Source: Chitinophaga pinensis (lineage in GTDB: Bacteria; Bacteroidota; Bacteroidia; SXHM01). From it: DNA of 64,000 nucleotides. This document shows positions 1-6,309 of the stretch, in pieces (position 1 is the stretch's first letter; each line of letters starts with the position of its first letter). The notes under the pieces were generated by a model that was not told the origin of the DNA, did no database searches, and worked only from the letters and a program-made list of their open reading frames with translations. A program made the translations under genes and the position numbers. The stretch is from the NCBI GenBank assembly GCA_945870105.1, contig CAMBRL010000002.1, positions 4,246 through 68,245 on the forward strand, in the 5' to 3' direction.

Positions 1-1591
1 TAATATTAGCTGTTGTTGTATTGCCGATTGAATCTGTAACTATAATTGAATAATTACCTGCGCAAAGCCCAGTTACTGTTTGAGTCGTTTCTGAATTAGA
101 CCAAAGGAAAGAATAGGGTGGTATTCCGTATGCAGGATTTATTGTGGCGCTGCCATCACAATCGTCTTTACATTTTGGATAACTATAGCTGATATTCCCT
201 GAGAGTGTAGGTTCGCAAGAACTGAATTTTACAAGATATGCATCTTGTGTTCCTCCTCCATAACTGTTTTGAAATCCATCAAACGCAATACCCGAATTAC
301 TATTAGTAGCTCCTGACAAATAAACATTACCAAATTTATCTGCGGCTACTAAACCATATTCATCATGCAGTTGCCCAAAATAGGTAGCGCAAGTCTGTAT
401 TCCGTTGCTGTCAAACTTAACTATGAATTCGTTCTCCTGCCCTACAAGACTATCCTGAAATCCGCTATAAGCTATACCTGCTGTGCTGTAAGTATCTCCT
501 GCCAGAAAAACATTTCCATTGTTATCCGTTGCTATTGCTACTTCCTCTTCCTCCTCAGCACCTCCATAATATGTAGCCCAAAGTCGTTCGCCCGATGAAT
601 TGAATTTTACAAGAAAAGCATCATTGCCTCCTGCATAATTATTTTGAAAACCATCTGCTGATATACCAAAGCTGCTGTTTGTTATTCCTGACATAAAGAC
701 ATTGCCGAAAGTATCCGTAGCAATAGAATTGCAGATATCCCCACTGGTTCCGCCATAATATGTAGCCCATAAACGGTTGCCATCAGAATCGAATTTTACA
801 AGAAATGCATCTCCACCTCCACTGTAAGTGTTCTGAAAACCTCCCAAACTTATTAAGGAAGAACTGTAAGTTTTTCCTCCCAGATAAACATTTCCGAAAA
901 TATCGGTAGCTACACTGTATCCGTAATCATAGTCAGGTCCGCCATAATATGTAGCCCAAAGCCGATTGCCATCAGAATCAAACTTTACAAGAAAAGCATC
1001 ATCTATTCCGCTAATACTATTCTGAATGCCATTGTACGCAATACCTGATGAACTGCGTGTCAATCCTGAAAGGTAAACATTTCCAAAAATATCAGTAGCT
1101 GTACTGTAAGATCTTTCAAGACTCGGTCCACCATAATATGTTCCCCAAATACGGTTACCGATAGAATCAAATTTTATAAGGCAGGCATCCTCAGCTCCTG
1201 CATAGTTATTCTGAAAGCCACCGGAAGCAATACCTGTATCTTGCATAGCGCCTCCACTGAGATAAACATTTCCATTGTTATCTGTTGTAACATTAACGCC
1301 ACCTTCATAATAGGTAGCCCATAAGCGGATACCAGAAGAATCAAACTTTACAATGAAAGCATCTGAATTACCACGAATTTCATTCTGAAATCCATTATAA
1401 GCTATTCCAGAAGCACTAAAAGTAGCTCCTGACATATAGATGTTTCCCCTGCTATCGGTGTTAATACTGAACGGTCTATCACGGTCATCCCCTCCATAAT
1501 ACGTTGCCCATATCCGCTGGTCCTGCCCAAACACCAGATGCTGAACCAAGTTCAGCATGACGAAGAGTACCATCACCAATATTTTCCGCAT
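1..1591 (-). CDS. Secreted SBBP-type beta-propeller repeat protein, partial (N-terminal ~530 aa; C-terminus lies beyond the window start)
   Basis: Own reverse-strand translation from ATG at 1591 gives MRKILVMVLFVMLNLVQHLVFGQDQRIWATYYGG... About 8 repeats of ~55-60 aa follow, with GNVY(L/M)SG, DAFLVKFDS and (R)LWATYYGG. A SprB-like repeat (CKDDCDGSATINP..YSFLWSN..TQTVTGLCAGNYSIIVTD) lies near position 1. The frame is open to position 1, so it is missing from the closed-ORF track. Confidence 0.8.
   Translation of the reverse strand, partial: MRKILVMVLFVMLNLVQHLVFGQDQRIWATYYGGDDRDRPFSINTDSRGNIYMSGATFSASGIAYNGFQNEIRGNSDAFIVKFDSSGIRLWATYYEGGVNVTTDNNGNVYLSGGAMQDTGIASGGFQNNYAGAEDACLIKFDSIGNRIWGTYYGGPSLERSYSTATDIFGNVYLSGLTRSSSGIAYNGIQNSISGIDDAFLVKFDSDGNRLWATYYGGPDYDYGYSVATDIFGNVYLGGKTYSSSLISLGGFQNTYSGGGDAFLVKFDSDGNRLWATYYGGTSGDICNSIATDTFGNVFMSGITNSSFGISADGFQNNYAGGNDAFLVKFNSSGERLWATYYGGAEEEEEVAIATDNNGNVFLAGDTYSTAGIAYSGFQDSLVGQENEFIVKFDSNGIQTCATYFGQLHDEYGLVAADKFGNVYLSGATNSNSGIAFDGFQNSYGGGTQDAYLVKFSSCEPTLSGNISYSYPKCKDDCDGSATINPAYGIPPYSFLWSNSETTQTVTGLCAGNYSIIVTDSIGNTTTANI
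1538..1568. repeat. Family F1 palindromic hairpin repeat (GATGCTGAAcCAAGTTCAGCATGACGAAGAG), inside the signal-peptide codons of CDS 1..1591
   Basis: 30 of 31 nt match 3129..3159. The same GCTGAAC..GTTCAGC core occurs in intergenic DNA at 12475, 57065 and 60038. Confidence 0.7.
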
Positions 1592-1594
1592 ACA

Positions 1595-1602
1595 CAAACT
1601 TA
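1595..1602 (-). promoter_or_regulatory. Bacteroidetes-type -7 box TAAGTTTG
   Basis: Matches TAnnTTTG. It sits 3 nt upstream of the ATG at 1591. The same AAATTGCTTAAGTTTG string recurs upstream of the next gene. Confidence 0.4.
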
Positions 1603-1608
1603 AGCAAT

Positions 1609-3177
1609 TTATTCCTTCACCACCTTCTCCGCCTTTACCAACCCGCCTTTGGCATCAAACACTTGCAACACATATAAACCCTGCGGCAAGGTGCCAAGTA
1701 ACAATGTAGTGGTGTTTGTTGCCTCTGCTACTGTTTGCCCAAGGGTGTTGCACAGTTTAAGGTATGCGGGTGTGTAGCCGGTGATGGTGAGTTGGGTGGT
1801 GGCGGGGTTGGGGAAGAGGGAAATCTCAACTTTCAAATCATCTATAACTGAAGTTCCTAGGCTATTGCTTAGTTTTATTATCCAACAATCTATACTTCCA
1901 TGGTTGTTTGTAACATCTCCATCATTAGAACCTGTATATCCTGCAACAATATATTCTTCATCATTTACTTGAATTACACACTGTCCCCAATCAGCGGCAG
2001 TTCCACCAAGCGATTTTTGCCATTGAATACTTCCTGCGGTATCTAATTTAATTAACCAATAATCCGCAGCACCGTGATTACCTGTTACATCGCCATCATT
2101 AGAAAAAGAAACCCCCGCTACCAGGAAGCCATTGTCATTAGTTTGGATACCTGAATAAGTATATTCCGTATTTGTTCCTCCTAATGATTTTTGCCATTGA
2201 ATAGTTCCTAAGCTATCTGTTTTAACTACCCAAGAATCATCTGAGTTGCCGTGATGCCCGGTTACATCACCTCCATCTGGTGACCTAGAGTTACCCGTTA
2301 TGAAATATCCGCCATCAGTGGTTTGCTGAATATCACGGAAAACATCAGATCCAATCCCGCCATAAGATTTTTGCCATTCAATAAAACCAAGGGTATCTAA
2401 TTTTACTATCCAATAATCAGTGTTTCCGTGATTGCCTGTTACATCACCATCAACAGAGGTTGAATTACCTCCCAAAATAAATCCTCCGTCAGAGGTTTCT
2501 TGAATTGTCATAAACGACTCATCTCCTGAACCACCATAACATTCTTGCCAGGTTATCTGACCATTTGTATTTAATTTTACAATCCAACCATCTCCATTAC
2601 CATGTCCAAGACACGTAACGTTTCCATCTGTGGAGTTAACCTTGCCTGCTACTATATACCCGCTATCAGCTAATTGTAAAACAGAGGTCGACATTTCTGA
2701 AGACCCAGTGCCACCTAAACATATCTGCCAATCTATAATTCCAACGGAATCTGTTTTTACCACCCAGCCATCATAAGAAGTTGACATAGGCCATCCATTG
2801 TTATGATAACCGGAAACATCTCCTCCGTTTGCAGTTGTAAGTGCTGCTATAATATATCCACCATCAAAAGTTTGTTTAACCTCTACAGGGCTTTCAGACC
2901 CCGGACCGCCTAAGCTCTTTTGCCATTGAATAGTTCCTTCATCATCTAATTTTACTATCCATAAGTCGTCTTCTCCTTGATTACCTGTAACATCTCCATC
3001 AATAGAACCAGAGCCACCAACAAAAATATATCCTCCATCAGTTGTGAGTTGAATATCTGACACAGATTCACCGCTTGTTCCTCCATAACATTTCTGCCAT
3101 TCAATTGCCGGAACCTGCGCCACCACCCGATGCTGAAACAAGTTCAGCATGACGAAGAGCAGAAGTAGTTTTTTCAT
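1609..3177 (-). CDS. T9SS-secreted beta-propeller-like repeat protein (7-8 repeats DGGYI..DGDVTGNHG..DYWIVKLD..G.IQWQKS.GG) with a C-terminal T9SS sorting domain
   Basis: ORF 1609..3237 trimmed to the MKKLLLLFVMLNLFQHRVVAQ signal peptide (ATG 3177). The C-terminus FPNPATTQLTI...GLYVLQVFDAKGGLVKAEKVVKE is a typical type-A T9SS CTD. Confidence 0.85.
   Translation of the reverse strand: MKKLLLLFVMLNLFQHRVVAQVPAIEWQKCYGGTSGESVSDIQLTTDGGYIFVGGSGSIDGDVTGNQGEDDLWIVKLDDEGTIQWQKSLGGPGSESPVEVKQTFDGGYIIAALTTANGGDVSGYHNNGWPMSTSYDGWVVKTDSVGIIDWQICLGGTGSSEMSTSVLQLADSGYIVAGKVNSTDGNVTCLGHGNGDGWIVKLNTNGQITWQECYGGSGDESFMTIQETSDGGFILGGNSTSVDGDVTGNHGNTDYWIVKLDTLGFIEWQKSYGGIGSDVFRDIQQTTDGGYFITGNSRSPDGGDVTGHHGNSDDSWVVKTDSLGTIQWQKSLGGTNTEYTYSGIQTNDNGFLVAGVSFSNDGDVTGNHGAADYWLIKLDTAGSIQWQKSLGGTAADWGQCVIQVNDEEYIVAGYTGSNDGDVTNNHGSIDCWIIKLSNSLGTSVIDDLKVEISLFPNPATTQLTITGYTPAYLKLCNTLGQTVAEATNTTTLLLGTLPQGLYVLQVFDAKGGLVKAEKVVKE
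3129..3159. repeat. Family F1 palindromic hairpin repeat inside the signal-peptide codons of CDS 1609..3177
   Basis: GATGCTGAAACAAGTTCAGCATGACGAAGAG; stem GCTGAAC/GTTCAGC. Confidence 0.7.
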
Positions 3178-3184
3178 TATAGTA

Positions 3185-3215
3185 GAGATTGCTTCGCTGC
3201 GCTCGCAATGACGTA
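3185..3215. repeat. Family F2 repeat, half copy (GAGATTGCTTCGCTGCGCTCGCAATGACG)
   Basis: Shares the GAAGCAATCTC and CTCGCAATGACGG modules with the full inverted-repeat copy at 30921..30994. Lies in the 5' leader of CDS 1609..3177. Confidence 0.55.
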
Positions 3216-3224
3216 ACGCATCCC

Positions 3225-3232
3225 CAAACTTA
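3225..3232 (-). promoter_or_regulatory. -7 box TAAGTTTG for CDS 1609..3177
   Basis: TAnnTTTG match about 48 nt upstream of the ATG at 3177. It duplicates the motif at 1595..1602. Confidence 0.45.
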
Positions 3233-3289
3233 AGCAATTTTTAACACACTTTTTATTTTTGATAAGACTAACAATTAAATCTTATCAAA

Positions 3290-3553
3290 ATGAAAAAAAA
3301 CGATGAAGTAATTACGCTTACACCAAGCGAAAAAGAAACGCTGTTGCTTATTTGCAGTAACCTGAACCAAAAGGAGGTGGCAGACCAGCGCGGTCTTGAT
3401 TTTGAAACCATTCAATCGCAATGCAAAATCATTCGTGCAAAGTTGTATGCCAACAGCATGGCAGTTGCTGTGTTCAGGGCTATGGCGCTTGGCATCATTA
3501 CACAGGATGAAGTTGACCGCATTATGGATACCGACTGGCAAGGACTGAAGTAA
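3290..3553 (+). CDS. Stand-alone LuxR/GerE-family helix-turn-helix regulator (87 aa, no receiver or ligand domain)
   Basis: LTPSEKETLLLICSNLNQKEVADQRGLDFETIQSQCKIIRAKL fits the LuxR C-terminal HTH pattern (LT.rE.evL.l...G.s.keIA..L.is..TV..h...i..KL). Confidence 0.8.
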   Translation: MKKNDEVITLTPSEKETLLLICSNLNQKEVADQRGLDFETIQSQCKIIRAKLYANSMAVAVFRAMALGIITQDEVDRIMDTDWQGLK

Positions 3554-3644
3554 ATTAAAAACCTTGCCGAATTCGGGGTGGCGGAGCATATCCGCCCTGG
3601 AATACATTTGCCCAAAATCGTTCTTTGAATGTAGAAACAACACC

Positions 3645-4142
3645 TACAAACAGCAAAATGCTCCATCCAGTTGGGTGGCGACTAAATCTGTTTGGGTGGC
3701 GACCAAATCTGTCTGGAAATGATTAAATCCAGCAAGAACTACCCTCCACCCAATTGGGTGACGGGTAAATCCAGTTGGGTAGAGCACAAATCCAATTGGG
3801 TGGCGACCAAATCTGTTTAGAAATACCCTCCACCCAATTAGAAATGCAGACCATCCAATTAGGTGACGGGTAAATCCAGTTGGGTGGCGGGCAAATCTGT
3901 CGGGAAATGAACAAATCCAGCGAGAAATACCCTCCACCCAATTGGGTGACGGGTAAATCTAATTGGGTGACGGGTAAATCTGTTTGGAAATACCCTCCAC
4001 CCATTTGGAAAAGCTGACAACCCAAACAGAAATGCTGACAACCCATTTGGAAATGCTGACAACCCAATTAGAAAAACACAAAGCCAAACAGAAATGGCCG
4101 CCACCCAAACAGAATTGATGACCACCCAAACGAATGACACCT
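3645..4142. repeat. Minisatellite array 1: ~23 degenerate units of 21 bp, consensus CCAATTGGGTGACGGGTAAAT, with an ~84-bp higher-order pattern
   Basis: Cut by hand from 3667: units are 21 nt, with three 20-nt exceptions. Many units carry the palindrome CCAATTGG or a one-mismatch variant. Three overlapping minus-strand ORFs in the track are artefacts of stop-free repeats. Confidence 0.9.
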
Positions 4143-4204
4143 TAATACACTTAGAAAACCTTTACTACAAACAAACCAAACCATTAACCTAAACAACAAA
4201 CACC

Positions 4205-4903
4205 ATGAAAAAAGTACATTGCAGCAGAGCTTACCGCAAAACAGCAGCCTCTAAATTAAAAACCTTTGCAGACGGTATAGCAGCCGGCTATTACGCCAAC
4301 AATCCACCCTTTACCATTTTGCCCGAAACGCTTGCCGTTTTTCTTGCATTGGTAACTGATTACGATACCAAATTATCTGCTTACGATAATGGCGGTGAAA
4401 CACAGAGAGGTCCTTTTCTGGTTTCAAAAACTGCCTTAATAAATGTATTGGATTTAATAGCAATAGAAACCGATAAGGTAGCCGATGGAAATACTGATTT
4501 AATAATTCTGGCAGGTTTCACGCCCACCAAAATACCGGGCGAATCGGTTAAACCCGGTCAAACAGTGGTTACTGTAAAAAGAGGTATTGCCGGTGAGTTG
4601 ATTGCTACCTGCGAAAAACTGGTAGGGGCCAAACACTACGGTTGCATTATGACCGAGGGTGCTCTCCTGCCAGAGTGGGTTGTTATAGATGCCAACGGCA
4701 GAATAGTGCTGCAAACAAATAACCCCATACCGGGACCTACACCCGGTCCCACACCCACCAGTGTGCAACTTGATTTTACCGACCAGCGCGAAAAACATTT
4801 TCTTAACCTTACCCACGATGTTACCTATTACTTCTATTACTATGCTGTAAACGCCAAAGGTGTTGGTCCGCTGAGTGAAGTGGTGAGTATGGTGTGCTGG
4901 TAG
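4205..4903 (+). CDS. Hypothetical protein with a helical N-terminal region, a Pro-rich linker (PIPGPTPGPTPT) and an FN3-like C-terminal end; no signal peptide
   Basis: 232-aa ORF. The C-terminal YYFYYYAVNAKGVGPLSE resembles the last strands of a fibronectin type III domain. The N-terminus MKKVHCSRAYRKTAASK is not signal-like. Confidence 0.65.
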   Translation: MKKVHCSRAYRKTAASKLKTFADGIAAGYYANNPPFTILPETLAVFLALVTDYDTKLSAYDNGGETQRGPFLVSKTALINVLDLIAIETDKVADGNTDLIILAGFTPTKIPGESVKPGQTVVTVKRGIAGELIATCEKLVGAKHYGCIMTEGALLPEWVVIDANGRIVLQTNNPIPGPTPGPTPTSVQLDFTDQREKHFLNLTHDVTYYFYYYAVNAKGVGPLSEVVSMVCW

Positions 4904-4932
4904 AACAGCTTGAATAACGAATACAGAACAAG

Positions 4933-4976
4933 GAACACCGAATGAAGAAGGTTTATTCCTTCAACATTCGGTGTTC
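4933..4976. repeat. Family F6 hairpin repeat (GAACACCGAATG ... CATTCGGTGTTC)
   Basis: Perfect 12-bp inverted repeat with a 20-nt loop that contains a smaller GAAGG/CCTTC stem. Partial direct copies (AACATTCG) flank it. Confidence 0.7.
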
Positions 4977-4982
4977 AACATT

Positions 4983-5070
4983 CGATATTTCTTCCCTCTC
5001 TTCAGGCATCTACTACCTCAGCCTTACCGATGGCACACAAGTGGTAAGCACAAAGTTTGTGAAGGAGTAA
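4983..5070 (+). pseudogene. Orphan remnant of a T9SS C-terminal sorting domain
   Basis: The frame ending at TAA 5068..5070 reads ..FDISSLSSGIYYLSLTDGTQVVSTKFVKE*, which is the last ~28 aa of a type-A CTD. There is no upstream ORF body. Confidence 0.5.
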
Positions 5071-5133
5071 CACATCACTAACAACTTCATTCAATAATTA
5101 AGACCTTTGTACCCCTACAATTGTTCTTTTATT

Positions 5134-5499
5134 ATGAATTCACACCGTATATTTTCATTGCTGAAAGGCAAATGCCCTAAATGCGAAACAGGAGCTATCT
5201 TTTCCGATAAAGGTAACCTGTTTGTTTTCAGAATGCCTGTAATGCACGACAATTGCCCGCACTGCGGACATAAGTTTGAACGTGAACCGGGTTATTTTCT
5301 CGGGGCAATGTATGTAAGCTATGCGTTAACAGTTGCCGTAGCAGTTGCCGTATTTGTACTATGGGAATTGTTTATGCCCGGACAGTATGATTACCGCGTT
5401 ATTGTACTTATCGTTCTGGCGCAGGTATTACTCTGGTTTGTCAACTTCCGCTTATCGCGTATTATCTGGATGTACATTTTTACCAGTAAAGAAAGTTAG
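5134..5499 (+). CDS. DUF983 family membrane protein
   Basis: CPKCETGAIF...CPHCGHKFEREPGYFLGAMYVSY followed by 2 TM helices. ATG 5134 preferred over the TTG at 5107. Confidence 0.8.
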   Translation: MNSHRIFSLLKGKCPKCETGAIFSDKGNLFVFRMPVMHDNCPHCGHKFEREPGYFLGAMYVSYALTVAVAVAVFVLWELFMPGQYDYRVIVLIVLAQVLLWFVNFRLSRIIWMYIFTSKES

Positions 5500-6215
5500 T
5501 CGCTTCTTTTGAAAAGACCAATCTGCATCTGCACGCCTACATTCCAACTGGTTGACTTGGCAGCTTCATAATCAATGGTATTAGTTTTATCCAACTCATC
5601 ATGGGTATCAAGATAATTGGTTTTAAAATAAGGCAACTGTATATACGGACGAATAAATAAACCAGCCGGAAGATTTTCAGTTGAAAGAATTATCTGCATA
5701 AAAATAGTGCTGCCAACCACAATATCTTTCTGTACCTCTCGAAATTCCTCAGGATTAAAAACTCCGTTTTCACCTGTTCGTGTAAAAACCTTTTCGTTCC
5801 CCATGTCAATTGAAATACCAATGTTAAGCCTAGCCATGCGGCTTTGACCAAGTGCAACACCAAATCCAAAGTTAATAGTATTCATTCGCCACTTCAGTTC
5901 ACGACCACCTTCAATACCATTAGGCTGAGTACCGCTTGCACTGCGTGTCATATGACGACCTACCCAGGTAATATCATACATCAGTTTATTCTTGCTGCCA
6001 CCAAGAGAAGCACAAAAGCCATTTGGAAAATGAAAGCTACCCATGGGCTCAGTGAGCCATGTGCGGGTTTCATTATACCTGTCAACACCATACGTATGAA
6101 GCGCGTCCAACTTTGCATAGCCAAGGTTGTAGCCAAAATTTAGGTAGAAATGAGATTGTGAAAAGGCTGTTGTAAAAGAAAAAACTGCGGCAATAAGAAG
6201 TAAATATTTTTTCAT
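5496..6215 (-). CDS. Outer-membrane beta-barrel protein, hypothetical
   Basis: Signal peptide MKKYLLLIAAVFSFTTAFSQ, alternating amphipathic strands and a C-terminal aromatic-rich end. Confidence 0.7.
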   Translation of the reverse strand: MKKYLLLIAAVFSFTTAFSQSHFYLNFGYNLGYAKLDALHTYGVDRYNETRTWLTEPMGSFHFPNGFCASLGGSKNKLMYDITWVGRHMTRSASGTQPNGIEGGRELKWRMNTINFGFGVALGQSRMARLNIGISIDMGNEKVFTRTGENGVFNPEEFREVQKDIVVGSTIFMQIILSTENLPAGLFIRPYIQLPYFKTNYLDTHDELDKTNTIDYEAAKSTSWNVGVQMQIGLFKRSD

Positions 6216-6236
6216 GGTTTTAGGTTATGGTTATAC

Positions 6237-6244
6237 CAAAATTA
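6237..6244 (-). promoter_or_regulatory. -7 box TAATTTTG for CDS 5496..6215
   Basis: TAnnTTTG match 21 nt upstream of the ATG at 6215. Confidence 0.45.
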
Positions 6245-6247
6245 AGT

Positions 6248-6284
6248 AAAAACAAACAACCCCTGCAAATTGCAAGGGTTGTTT
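6248..6284 (-). terminator. Rho-independent terminator of CDS 6310..9216
   Basis: The minus strand reads AAACAACCCTTGCAATTTGCAGGGGTTGTTTGTTTTT, a GC-containing stem followed by a T-run. Confidence 0.7.
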
Positions 6285-6309
6285 AGTGAACAATGTATGG
6301 TGGAAAACC

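Noticed and set aside
3178-3237. N-terminal extensions offered by the ORF track. Here the extension is MLKFGDALRHCERSEAISTI; others occur at 9217-9288, 28007-28075, 42295-42321, 55681-55704, 57120-57137, 60116-60124 and 63765-63872.
   Set aside because: The extensions are encoded by interspersed repeats or promoter DNA, and they precede a canonical MKK-type signal peptide or a conserved protein N-terminus. The internal ATG was chosen instead.
3644-4140. Three overlapping minus-strand ORFs (3644-3937, 3723-4067, 3859-4140) with heptad-like translations.
   Set aside because: They occupy all three frames of the same strand over the same 21-bp repeat. They lack plausible starts and signals, and are explained by the repeat simply lacking stop triplets. 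Treated as non-coding minisatellite DNA.
3645-4142. Possible CRISPR array (regularly spaced repeats).
   Set aside because: There are no unique spacers: the units are contiguous and degenerate, 21 nt is too short, and no cas genes or leader are present. The same applies to arrays 2 and 3.
5496-5499. Convergent genes whose stop codons overlap on opposite strands (TTAG at 5496-5499; also CTAA at 51777-51780 between the T9SS cargo gene and metH).
   Set aside because: The overlaps are real, but this is a common consequence of compact genomes, and there is no evidence of special function.
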